Assembly (NCBI GenBank): GCA_015680685.1
Contig: MNCI01003421.1
Location: 341-64,340, forward strand
Length of the DNA: 64,000 bases
Direction: 5' to 3'
Origin: Gnetum montanum
Lineage: Eukaryota > Plantae > Gnetophyta
Positions 1 through 13,400 of this stretch are shown one piece after another. The position numbers were made by a program, and so were the translations under genes. The notes beneath the pieces are model-generated. The model saw only the letters and a program-made list of their open reading frames with translations, was not told where the DNA came from and ran no database searches. Each line of letters opens with the position of its first letter. Positions within the stretch are counted from its first letter, which is position 1.

Positions 1-2039
1 CAACCTTAAATCTGCATTGACCTTCTCATAAGCACTCTGACGAGAGGTCACAATTCTAGGGGAAAACCGTTCTGGTGCCATGGATGTTAACTATCTCACA
101 AGCACTCTGACAAGAGATCAATGTTTCAGTAATAAGTCACCTTGGTACCATGATCCCTGTCAATCATGCTGACTCTGCATCTTGCAATGGCATGCATTAT
201 TTGAACCTCATTCATTGGTTACCTCTTAGCACACTCCATGTATCCTTTATCCCCATCATACCATTATCCTTAGCATTCTTGAGCATGGTGAAGTCACATT
301 CGGTTGGGTACTGATGAGCGATGTTGATGTCATGCCTGTTGTGGTGTTTTCTGTTCTTTGTTGATGTCTCTTAGGCTACTCCTCCAGATATCAACAAAGA
401 GGGGCCAATGAAACACCACCAAATTTTGACTTCTAAGTCTTAAATGAAAATTTGTCTAAGTGTCAAAAACTTGGTAGATTTTGTCTAAGTGTTGAGACTA
501 CACTTTCCATTACTAGACTACACTCTAAAGTGTAGTCAGTGTACTTGACACAAGTAGTTCAGATTTGCAAATTTTTCTAAGTGTTAATAGTAGTTGCAAA
601 TTTTTCTATGATTTAGATCCTAATCCATGTAGTCAACCTTGGAATAACTAGTTTTGCAAATTTTCCTAAGAGCCAAGCTAGAGGATATTGAGCATGATTG
701 GGATGGATGAAACAGTTTGGCAGATTTTCTAAATCCTAAACCTACACTCCCTACTATGCTCTAGAGTGTAGTTAGCATAGTCTGCATGGGCACGTCATCT
801 TTGCAAGATTTCTCTAAGTGTCCCAACTATACTCACACCTCTAGGACTATGCTCTAGAGCGTAGTTAGTGTAGCCTACATTGAGCATCATTTTTTGGTAA
901 GATTTGCCTAACTCTTGGGGATATGCTCTAGAGCATAGTCAACATAGTCTATTGAAACTACCTTATAATTCTCTAGAACTCAGCACTAGCTTTCATCTCA
1001 GCTCCAACATTCCTTCGGCAAGCACCCCTCATTGACCCTAAAATTATACCTATGTTTGACACCAATTGAGAGAGTGGATAGCATAGCCCTAGAGCGTAGT
1101 CTCCAAATTATACTATTTTGCACTATTTTTAGGTACATTGTGATTTTTTTATCATTTTCATTTTCAGTCTTGGTAGCATTGTCATAGTTTGGTAGCTTTA
1201 TACAGTCCATTAGAGCATGTCATCAAAACACCATTTTTCTTTAGTGGGGATGTCGTTGGGGTCAGTGTAGTCTTAGCTACCCCTCTTCCATGTGGCTCCC
1301 AATCCATAATTCATGCTAACCCTAGCCCTATAAATACCCCTATGCTTCACATTTTATGGGTTGGCATTTTCATTCAACAGTTGGCATTTTGGCATTAGCA
1401 CTGTTGCACCTGAGCATCCTTAGCATCTTGACAAACTTTGGGGCACCACCAAACATCGTAGCACATCACTACAATGTCATTGTACACTACCCAGCACACT
1501 GCAAATAATTGTAGCCTGTAGGACACTATGGTAGCCAACTTGTCAAGTTTAGACTCTATCGCAAACATTAGTTCTTCATATCTAGACATCCTAAGACTAT
1601 GACTATGCTCGCCTATTACGCCTGGTGTACACTACGTACCTCCTAAACTTTCCTTTGCAATTGACTATGCTCTCCCTACTTAGGGTGATGTCACTTTCTC
1701 TCTCACCTACATCTTGCACATTTTTTAGCATTTTCTCTTGCATTTTAACATTTTATCTACATTTTTCACTATTTAAGCACATATTGAGATGTTTGCATCC
1801 TCATTTTTGCACCCGAAACAACTACTATGCTCACACTTGTGAACACCATGAAACACAATATCAACACCTTAACACTTGTTTTGCAATAACACCCGTAAGT
1901 CCAAATTTGATCAACAAGACCGTCCTAGGCACATCACTTCTATTTTCCAGTAGGCCCTTGTGTAGAAGCAAGGTTAAGACTATGTGACCCTGGACCTCTC
2001 AATTTCCCATTCAAGCCTTCGACATTTTTTATCACAACA
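1..2039 (+). mobile_element. 3' end of an LTR retrotransposon (probably Tat-like Ty3/Gypsy): 3' internal region, PPT and 3' LTR
   Basis: Purine tract AAAGAGGGG(CCAA) at 396-408 directly precedes TG at 409. The segment ends ...TTTTTATCACAACA at 2039, where Copia RT coding sequence begins abruptly. Imperfect ~70-bp tandem repeats lie at ~20-150. The lineage is inferred only from PPT/LTR style. Confidence 0.55.
409..2039 (+). repeat. LTR (~1.63 kb, TG...CA) with TATA-like CCTATAAATA near 1327
   Basis: TG start after the PPT, CA end, internal palindrome array and TATA box. Confidence 0.6.
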
Positions 2040-4480
2040 ATTGTAGCCTAGCAACTGGAGCAAACATTTCATCAAAATCTGTAGCTTCTTATTGGTTGTA
2101 TCCTTTGGAAACCAATCTAGCTTTGTTTTTAATGATGTTTCCATGATCATCAATCTTGTTCCCGAAGATCCATTTTATTCCAGTAATAGTTTTATCAAAG
2201 GGCCTAAGAGTTAATTCCCATACATCATTTCTAGTAAATTGAATAAGTTCATCTTACATAGCAAAAATCCAACCTTCTTCTTTTTCAGCTTCTTTAAAGG
2301 CTTTGGGTCCAAGCTAAGAGAGATAAGCAAATAAGGCACACATTTCTTTGAATTGGCTTCTAGTGTGAACACCATCTTGAACTTCCTGAAAAACATTGTT
2401 GAGAGAATGTGTTTTGCAAAGTCTAGGCAATTTTGATAGAGTGGGAGGAGTCTCTTGATCATCATCATTTTCCTCTTCATGATCACTATTGGGTTCTAAA
2501 TTTTTGTCATCTTGCACTAAAGTTGGGCTAGATAGTTTTTGGATGGAAACGATTTCATTATTAGGTTTAGTACTAGTAAGATCATAATAATCTATTTTGA
2601 CATTTATGGTTTCCTCCATCATATTAGTTCATTTGTTAAATACTTAGTATGCTCTACTAATTAAAGAATATCCCAAGTAGATTCCCTGATCAATTTTTGC
2701 ATAAAAATTTCTTAAGTTATCTTTATCATTTAGAATATAGCATTTTGAACCAAAAACATAAAAATAAGATATTGTAGGCTTTCTACCAGACCATAATTCA
2801 TAGGAATTTTTAGAAGTAAATCTTCTTACCAAAACTCTATTGGATACGTAACAAGTGGTATTGATGGCTTCAACCCAAAAGTGATGAGTAAGGCTTTCAT
2901 CATTTAATGTTATCTCCTCATCTCATTTAAGATCCTATTTTTTTGTTTAGCTATACCATTTTTTTGAGGAGTTATTGTAGTAGAGAATTCATGAAGAATG
3001 TCATTGAGTTGAAAAAATTGTTTAAACTTTGCATTTCTAAACTCACCTCCATTGTCACTTCTAATAACTTTAATAAAACATCATTTCTCTTTTTGGGTAT
3101 AATTACTAATTCTCAAAAAATGATCAAACACCTCATCTTTGTGATACAAAAAGCAACCCAAGTAAAGTGAGCATAATCATCAGTAATGGTAAAAAAATAT
3201 ATTTTCTTTCCTAAGCTAAGAGTTTGAATTGGACTAACCACATCCATACGAAGTACATCTAAGGGATGAGTAGTAGAAATACAATTTTTCTTACCAAATC
3301 TTACCCTTATTTATTTTTCTTTTTGACAAGCTTCACATGTATTGAGATTAAAATCTTTAAGCTGAAGGAGACCTTGAACCATTTCTTTAGATACCAAGGT
3401 TTGGAGAATTTTCTTGTTTATGTGGCCCAATCTCCTAGGCCAAAGATGAGTATCATTTTCAAAACTTACTAAATACTTGGATTCAAGGTTAGCAGAATTT
3501 TCAAAAATAGTAGTGCACACATTTCCTTTCCTTGACTTTTCTAACAAAACATGTCTAATAGAAAAATCTTGTATTCTAAAACTATCTTTTGAAAAAGTAA
3601 CATTAAAATTGGAGTTACAAAGTTGACTCACACTAAGAAGTTTATGTTTTAACCCATCAACAAAAAGAAAATTTCTTCACAGTGGGTAGTCCCCTACCTT
3701 TTCCTCCAATGATACCAATACTTGTTATGGTTGCTTCCATGTCATCTTTAAATGTGACTATACCCCAATTTTGTTCCTTGAAGTGGGTGAAGTAGGATTT
3801 GTCACCTATCAAGTGCCTTGAACTCCCACTATCAATATACCATGTGCTAGCATTTTCATTGGAGAGGATAATTTGTGCCATCAATTTCTTTTCAAGCTTT
3901 CCTTCATTCTCTTTCCAACCATGCATGGTTTTCTTTCTAGGCTAGTTTTGCGAAGACCAAGAGTGGTGATGTATTCTAAGATAACAATAAGCTTGAACAT
4001 GACCATATTTACCACAAAAGAAACATTTCAAGTAATTTGACTTAGAATATTTGCCATACCTAGATGAATGTTGTTTTTGATTCTTGGGTTCCTCCAAAAA
4101 GCTCTTGTTCAGCTGCTCAAACAATCTTGTTAGTTTTTGAATCTTAGCCCTAAGGTTTGAGTTTTTCCTTTTGAGGTAAGAGGATTCATCATCAGGAATT
4201 TTTATTTTTATTTCCTTGGCAATTAAAGCATCTTTTATTTCAATACGCAAATTTTGGAAAGAAAGAATGCTATGACAAGAAGTTTCATAACTATCTTCAA
4301 AAGAAGTGTTATTTTGATAATCACAAGAATTGTTAACTTTACAAGTATAGTAGTCCTTCTTTATAAATGTAAGCAAGGAAATAATGTACTTACCTTGATA
4401 AAAGAGGTGAAAAATGAATTGAATGCACTAGTTGATAGTGTTCATTAGGTTCCATCTAATGCTAAGAATGCCTTCCAAGT
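2040..4480 (-). pseudogene. Degenerate Copia gag-pol
   Basis: Zinc knuckle CFFCGKYGHVQAYC; protease WYIDSGSSRHL; GAG-pre-integrase HLWPRRLGHIN...CEACQK; integrase YELWSGRKPTISYFYVFGSKCYIL...GIYLGYS; RT start DFDEMFAPVARL. Several frameshifts and stops. Confidence 0.92.
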
Positions 4481-4522
4481 TCACTCTTGAAGTGAGCAAC
4501 AGTACCAAGCTCCGATACCACT

Positions 4523-5770
4523 TGTGGATCATTGAACTTAGAAGACAAGGAATGAATAATTTCCCCAAGAAAACTTAAACTAAGAAAGAACACACACAAA
4601 TTTACATGGTTCCCAAACTTGGGTACTCCACACTCAGAGGGTAGATTACAAGCACATCTCTAGACTTTGTTAGTCACAAAATGTGGTTAAAGGGTCCACA
4701 TATGTGGTTCCCTAACTTGGGTACTCCACACTTGGAGGGTAGATCGTAAGCACACCTCCAAAATTTGTTGCTCTCAAAATGTGTTTAAAGGATCCATACC
4801 TTGTATAGTCATCAAGAATTACTCCAAATTATTGTATCGTAGCACCAATCATTCAACCTCACAAGGTCCTGTCAAGCTTGGAAATGTGGTTTCAAGGCTT
4901 TCACAACCTTTATAATCTTTGAGTTCTATACTAGAGTGTTGTACCGTAACACCAATAACTCAATCCTATAGGATCCTGACAAGCTCAAGGAACTCAACCT
5001 GTTAGGGCGACAAGAAAAAGAATTACAAGGAATGATTGTAACTCAATTTTTTGATCCTTGCATAGTTAGGTACAACACACTTTACAAAGCCAAAATGATT
5101 AGACAATGAGGATCAACAAAGAATTCAATGATTTTATAGTGAATACAACAATTCTTACACATTTCCCAATGCACATGAAGTCTTCTTATAGTTATCATGT
5201 TGCTAAATCCTTCTCAAAACTAGTGCAATGTCTAGCTAATGATTACTAACAATCATGGGAGATGTCTTTTTCACACCTAAGAAATCTCTCTGAATTAGCC
5301 TTCAAATCTGGGAAGACATCTTTGTTTTCTAAAAGAGATCTTTCTAAAATCTCTATTCTGGAAGACGTCTTTCCTACATCTGAGACATCTCTCTAAATTA
5401 GCCTTCAAATTTGGGAATATTTCTTTGTTTCCTGAAAGACATCTTTCTAAACTCTCTATTCTAGAAAACCTTTTTGTCTTATGGAAGACATCTTTCTGGA
5501 TTTGCTTTGCATTCTATAAATATGTCCTTGTTTGAGAAATATGTCTTACTATTTCTAAAGATGTCTTTGTCTAAATCCACTCAAAATCTGCTAAGACATC
5601 TACTACTTTCTAGAGACATCTTTCTTTACTTTCTTTTGTATGATGAATGCATCATTCCTTGTCTACAACTAAGTTGAATCTAACTTCTTATCTTGCAAGC
5701 ACAACACATACAAGCAAACTTATTTTCCATTGTTCTTAATGTTTTGACATACCAATTTTGAATAGCAACA
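4523..5770 (-). repeat. 5' LTR of Copia element 1
   Basis: Clear similarity to 9346-~10270, adjacent to the PBS, with TG/CA termini. Confidence 0.85.
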
Positions 5771-8700
5771 AAAAGGATAATGTGCACAATCGTGGGTAGA
5801 AAAGATAGAAAATAACTATAATAACCACATAATATGGAGAGTCAAGCATCACTCATAATCCTAAAAATATACAGGGAGTATGCATTTATCCAGTCCATTA
5901 ATAGGTGTTCCAAATTATGCAAGAGTGGAACAAACCTTCCAAGTGAAATTGTAACCTTGAAGTGAATCAACCTATCTCTAAATTAATAAGTCATTAGTAG
6001 TGCAAGGTGCTTGGAATTTATATAATATTCATTTTTATAAAACATTGGTAAATGGGCATGGCTTTATGGTGAGGTAAATACAACCATACAACTTCACAAT
6101 GGAATCCCATAGAGTAATCATGTTATTTCTCACAATGTAGTAGGTAATGTACTACATCCTCCACTTAATGCATGATTGTGAAAATTAAGAACTACTCTTT
6201 TAAGGTAAAAACAAGGATCTGCAATTAATTCAATAAGAAGCAATGACATTCAATTTTAAAGATCAAAGATATGAGTAAGACATGCATACTCCATTTTTTG
6301 TTCAAGGTAATGCAACATCCAAAACCATTGATCAAAGATAAAACATGCTAATAAATATACATTCATACACAAATTTTCTACTAATGATCATGTAAAAATA
6401 GTCAAAGATAGAGCATATATCAAGTATTACACAAATAGGAAAGCAAAAATTTGTGCCTCACATATATCAAGAACTGATCCAAGTTTTTCAACCGATATTT
6501 AAGCTTGAAGTGAAATGTGAATGTTGAGGAGCAAGTAATCTATCTTTAAAATAAGTAGTTAGTATGGATCTTCATCTTAGTAAATGAGCATATAGCAATC
6601 TATAACTTGAAACCAACCATGCAAAATTCCCAAAATCTTCATCTCAAAGTAGATTATTCAATGGATAACTCAATCAAAAGCATAGATACCTAAAAATGAT
6701 TATGGCTTTGCTCATAATATCAACTACTTGTTATATAAAAATAAATACTTCATGCTTAAGCTTATGATTCAACATCAAATAGGTGGGCTATTAGTTCAAA
6801 ATCCATGAGGACCAACACATAAACCAATGCTAAAGACTAAAGATAAAAGAAAATTGATCTCATAGATAGCATCATGTAATTCTAGATTCAAACAAAAGAA
6901 TTTATTAAAAGAATATGAAAATCATGCATGTTTTAATTTTAGTGTAAGTCAATACAACAACCATAATCATTTACAAACAATAGATGTTAATAAGAAACTA
7001 AGTATTCATATATTGGTACATACTTTATAAAGTCCTAATACACAACCATTCAAGACTTTGCCATCCCAATAAATACCTCTTGAAGTTCTTTTCTTGCTCA
7101 TTGTGCATTTTGGCTAAAGTCTCCATGGACTCCCTCTACATTGAGGACCCCTAAGATGATTGAGATGTAGGCTTCCCCTACATATGTGATACTTATATTG
7201 GGCTTTTAAGATCAATATGAAAAACTCACAAACACACTATAATAGTATATCAACATTAAGCTTAATTTATGAAGATCTAGATCTTCAACTAGCAATATTG
7301 ATAGAGGTTTGTCTCATCTTCTAAATGGAAAAAGTTAGTTCAAAGGCTATGAGCGTAGATACTAATCATCATAAGGATTTTAGATTGAGCAAGACAAGAA
7401 ATAAATTGAAGGGAAATTATTACAAGAGCTATTATAAACAAAACCAATCAATATCATGAATGAATGAGAGAAATTCTCTAGAAACTTATTCCACATTTTT
7501 GACCTAGGACATGGATAATTTACACTATCCTTATTAACTAGTAAGCAAAGAGATAGAGACTTACCTAAAATTACCTTGCTTGTTAATAAATTGGGATGAT
7601 TAATGGAGTTTGAGATGAGATCCCCTATCATGAAGTACCTTATCATCCTTAAGTTCTCTTTCATTAGAACGTGTATGTGACATCTCTATTTGTTCATTTT
7701 CCTTGTCATGAAACTTTGAATCAGTTTTTGCATTATTTTCCAAGCTACACTTCTCTTCATTCTCACTTATTAGTACTTGTACAATTTTCTTACCAAACCC
7801 CTTTTGACAAGACCAAGCATTAATCTTATTTTGATCATCCTAATCAGGAGATTGCATAAGATGACAATTTTTCAATATAAAATTACTTTCATCCTTATGA
7901 TCAGAATTATCAAAACTTACTATGCTTAACTTTGAGCTTGAAACTTTAAGTGTTTCTTCCTTTGAATTTTTTGGCCAATTTTCGAGAATCTCTTCATCTT
8001 GAATCTTGTTGCAATTTTTGTTACAAGATGTCAGTGGTTGAATGTCAGCTTTTATGTTTGAGATTTCTTCTTTCATTTTAGCATGAATAGCATTTAACCT
8101 AGAAAGAACTAGTTTCCCTACCTTCCTAATCAAATAATGTAAGAGAAAAATTTCTTCTTTAAATTCATTATACCTCTTATCACACTTACCATGTTGTTCA
8201 ACCATATGTGAGGAAGATTCATCAGTAAGAACCATGTAGATGAGATGAGAATCTTTAGGAAAGTTGCACGCTTCTTCTTCACTTTGCTCACCATCATCCC
8301 AACTTATATAAAGGTTGGTCTTTTTAATTCCTCATCATTGGATCTATTCTTTAGTTGAACTTTGCTATCATTTGGATCACTAGGACATTCAAAGGTCATA
8401 TGGCATCTTCCTCCATAAACCCAACACTATATTGAAGAAAAATCTAGATCAGAAGAATTTAAAATTTTTTTACCTCTTTCTCTACCTTTGAAGAGATTTA
8501 GTCTATGTTGTTACTAAGATTCTCCTTTGTTTCTTCTTATAAGAAATCATTGTATTCTCCTTGAGAGAAGAGCAATCTCATCTTCATTTCCGTCATCATG
8601 CTCATTGACCTCCTTCTCCTTTGAGGTATTCTTTAGAGTAATAGGTTTTTCTTGACTTACTCCTTTGCTTATGAGATTCATTTCATAGGTGCTGAGAGCA

Positions 8701-10490
8701 CTTTGAAGTTCCTCAAATGTTAGGAGTTAAGAAATCTCTGATTTCATCCATGGCTATGACCTTAGGTCTAAACTTCAGTTATAGAGTTTTGATCATTTTG
8801 ATGATGATGTCACTTTTGGGTAAGTCCTTTCCTATTCCTCTAATGGCTACAACAATATCATTAGCTCTAGAAAAATAATCCTTGATTTTCTTACTTTCTT
8901 GCATTTTAAGTTTATCATATTCACTTTGTAGAACTAGCAATTTCAACTGCTTCATAATAGAGATTCCTTCCTAAGCATCTTATAAAGTTTGCCAAATTTA
9001 TTTGGTTGTTTTACATCCTAAAATCCTATTAAATTTAGATTTATTCAATGCATAATATAAAAAAAAAATTTCTTTTGAATTAAACATGAGATTATCCTTT
9101 TCCTCCTAAGACCACTTGTTGCAAGGCTTGATGATGCTGGTGGTGCTATCAACAGGTGGAGGGTAGCCTTTCAAGATTGACTTTCAAACTTCAAACTCCA
9201 TGGATTCAAAGAAGCCTTGTATTTTGGTTTTCAATAGGAAAATTTAAATTCATTGAACATGGGTGGCTTTATGTATAAAGTCCCCTCTATTATTCACTCT
9301 TTGAAGTTGATGATGAAAACAAGAGTACTAGGCTCTAATACCACTTGTGGATCATTGAACTTAGAAGATGGGGAGGGGAATGAATAAGTTCCCCAAATCA
9401 AGACTTAAACAAATAAAGAACACACATAGATTAACATGGTTCCTCAACTTGGGTACTCCATACCTAGAGGGTAGATCATAAGCACACCTTCGAACTTTGT
9501 TGTTCTGAAAATGTGATTGAAGGTTCCACATCCTATACAATCTTTATGCTGGAGTGTTGCACTACAACACCAATCACTCAAACCTAAAAGGTCCAGTCAA
9601 GCTTGGAAATGTGGTTTTAAGGCTTTCATAACCATTATAATATTGATCTTTGCATTGAAGTGTTATGCCATAGCACCAACAACTCAATCCCGCAAGATCC
9701 CAACAAGCTCAAGAACATCAACCCTTGCATCTTAATTTGCTAATCCTTGCATAGTTAGTACAACACACTTTACAAAGCCAAAATGATTAGATAATGAGAA
9801 GAAAAAAATAATTCAATGATTACAAATGATTACACAATGAATACAACAATGCTTACACATTTTCCATTGCACATAAAATCTTTTTATAGCTACTGTGTTG
9901 CTAAATCCTTCTCAAAATTTATGTAACGACTAGCTAATGGTCACTTACGATCATGAGAGATGTCTTTTTCATGCTTATGACATCTCTCTAAATTTGGCTT
10001 TAAATTTGGAAAGACATCTTTACTTCCTAAAAGACATCTTTCTGAAGTCTCCATCCTAGAAGATGTCTTTTTGCATTTGGTTTGCATTTTGTAAAGATAT
10101 CTTTACCTCATGAAAGATGTCTTTGGCTAGGGAAAGACATCTTGCTATTTCTGAAGACATCTTTCTTAATTTTCTCTAAGTCCACTCGAATCTACCAAGA
10201 CATATGCTACTTCCAAGAGAAGTCTTTCTTCACTTTCTCTTGCATAATGAATGCATTATTCCTTTTCTACAACCTTGATCTTCCATATACTTTAATGATG
10301 TCCAATTTGCTTGTACACTATCAAGTCCTTGTTCACATTCTTTGGATGTTCGTTTGAAGACATATGGGTGACCTCCTCCTTTGAGATCTAGTATAGTTCA
10401 TTCCTTATTCTCTTTAGCTCATCTTGGTTTCCTATGTAGGTATTCCTACAAACACCTTTTGTCTCCATTTTACTTAACATTTTGAGCACA
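5771..10490 (-). mobile_element. SIRE-like Copia element 2: LTR, PBS and degenerate gag, no recognisable pol
   Basis: LTR begins at 9346 and its far end near 10490 is uncertain. PBS TGGTATTAGAGC at 9332-9343. Gag N-terminus PPMFNE..(F)SY near 9240-9270, UBN2-like region, and a decayed knuckle near 8380-8430. Assignment of 5771-7800 to this element is tentative. Confidence 0.7.
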
Positions 10491-13400
10491 CGAAAAGGTC
10501 CATACTATGAACCCACAAAGGTGAAAATGAGAATAGATGTTTCCATGGAAATCAAACATGTATAAAAAAAAGGTATGTAATTTAACACTTTTATTATCAT
10601 GGAAGAACTTGATGCTGATGCATTTATTACAAAACAACTCTACCAAAATCATGAAGAGCCTTCAAAAATACCTATCGTCAAACTTAAGGAACTTGTCAAA
10701 GTTCAATTGCATTCCACCCTAGCAGATATCCTTAAGAGGGAGGAAACTAAGTCAAAGTATAAGCAGAACTCAAGGCCAAGAGTTTTTGTTGGATCTTATA
10801 GAGAAGAATATTAGGATCATGAATGGACAAGAAGTTGACATCATTCTCCTACTACCTTATCCTCATTTTCACGATTGTTAGTGGACTCTAATAGGAGGAG
10901 GCTAAGTCACCAAGACCATGCTAGGAATGAGAGGAGGACTCATGATCACCATGAATATTTCCTGAGTATTTAGATGAGGAACTTGAAGGTTATGAAAGAA
11001 GAAGACATAGGGATCAAAGACAGGATTGTGAAAGGGATGAGCATAGAAGGGGGTACCACTACAACAAATCACATGAACATGATCATGATGACGAACCCCT
11101 AATCGCAACTTGAAGTATCATTAATATCCAAGAAGCTATTTATATTCTGACTAGGCACATGAGGGATAGCTATATCAAATGGCTTGATATGAATAACATG
11201 CCAAGATTTAATGGTGGTTATAATTCACAACATCACCTCTAAGCATTCCATGATGCTTGTTCCCTACAAAACATTGAAAGTGATTGGTAGAAGTTGAAGT
11301 TACTCCCATGAATGCTTGTGAAAGAGGTTAAGAGTTGGTACAAATCACTTGAACCTGAATTGATTAAAAGATGGAGTAGCATGCTAGAGATCTTCAATGA
11401 TAAATACCAAGCCTATTCATAGGTTTCTAATTTAAGAAAAAAAATCCAAGGATGAAAACAAAGGACTCATGAAACCCTTGATGCAGTAATGGGAAGGTAC
11501 TATTCACTATTACACATATGCCCAAGTCATTAATTCTTACAATGGGAGCAACTAAGAAACATTATAGATGGATTAAGGAATAAGACTAGAGAGACCCTTG
11601 GGGTTTATGCCCAAGGCCAATTATCTAAAATGACTACCCATAAAATTTAGAGACTAATTGACCAAGTGCAAAAGGAAGACATTGAGTTAAGAAAGAGAGA
11701 ATTAGTAGAAGACTATAACAAGGATCCATCCATCAGGAAAAGAGATGCACAAGTTTGTGACACTCAAGAGGAAGAAACCTTGGAACAAGAAATTCAAAAA
11801 AACACTTTGCCAATTTAGAAAACTATAAATAATATTGTAGCAAAAAATAGAGAAAATGTGGAACTCAGTAGATGAAAAATTTATAACAACATTAAAGATT
11901 GTGGAGGAGAGAATAGAGAAAGCCATTGAATAATGTAAGAATAAAAAAAAGGAAGAATGATTTTGGATAGAAGGGAAAACTAGCTTTAGTGGATGAGTGT
12001 TTAGACACAAGCTCCACCAATGAGGAAGGATGTGTTGTGTGTCAATATGAACATCCCAAGGGGTGTTATCTAGTAATGACACATTTACAAGAAATGGGGG
12101 CATATGCACCTAATTCTAGATTTGTTAAGAAACAAATGCCCACAAGGTTACCTTATCCTTAAGGTAACTACAAGCAAAACTTTCAACCAAAATATTATCA
12201 TAGTGGAGCTTTGCCATAGCCACAATAGCACTACTATCAATAGTGGCAACAACCCCAATTGTAGGCCATGCCACCACCTCACAAATAATATTCATTTAGG
12301 TAGCCAGAGCCATATGGATATTTTGTACAATTTTTAATCTCTCCTAGTAATGCTATTATCCAAACTCCACAATATTAACCAACTAAATACCATAGACCAA
12401 CTTCACCAGGAATAAATCCAAACTCGTATATGCATCCATCAATAGTTGATTCATCAAATCCAACTCATTCTTTGCCATCAATGCCATTACCCACTATGCA
12501 AGGAGAATTGCCATCACAACCATAGCAGAGGAAAGCTACAAGGATGTTGAGTATATAGATAGAGGATCTTATTAGAAACATTTAGGGCTAATCAAAGAAA
12601 TGTCCTTTCTTTAGGACAAGTCCAAAAGAGGTTAGTAGGGTTGGAACCTCATTGAAATAAGATTCTTCTATGGAAGATCCTCCCATAAACAACAAGCTTT
12701 CACTATCATCAAATAAGAACATGTAGACTGTCATACTAACAAAGATAGCATCAGATTGGATCAAGGTAGGAACACTTCTGAAGAAAAGAATGGATTCAAA
12801 AGTTCCTTTGATTTATCTACGAGTAACTAGAAATCTACCATGTAGGGCTCTACTAGTTTCAGGTTCTAGAGTCAACTTGATTTCTCTAGAAACATACAAA
12901 GCATGGAGGCTATCGATCTTAAAGAAGTGTAACATCTTATTAGAGCTTGTAGATCAATCTATCATCATTCCTTTGGAATAGAGAGAAGATGTGGTGACCA
13001 CTATTAATGGATGGTCATATCTAGCAAACTTTCTAGTTATTGACATGAAAAATAATGATAAGGAATTTCCAATCATAATGGGAAGAGCATGGCTTATCAT
13101 AGTGGATGCTAAGTTAAACATGAGAGAATTGTCTATTGACATCTCTAAGGAAGACAAGCATGAAGCCATACATTCACAAAAGATTCCATGCATTACTATA
13201 GATAAAGATGGATGCAGTTGTAGATCGGCCTTCTAGAATATCAACATAGTTATTACACCAGTCAACAACAAATGCGAAAAATAGATGTGGGCATAAGAGA
13301 GAGCAAGGGCCACTAAACCAAATGACACCCAGTGGACAACAAATGAGAACTTTCAATTTTCCAAAAACATGCATGGAACAATCTAAACCACTTATTAATT

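Larger units (their letters stand above)
2040..5770 (-). mobile_element. Sirevirus(SIRE)-like Ty1/Copia element 1, truncated in RT by the neighbouring insertion
   Basis: 5' LTR 4523-5770 (TGTTG...CACA on -). PBS TGGTATCGGAGC (tRNA-iMet) at 4509-4520. Domain order is gag-PR-INT-RT. Confidence 0.88.
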
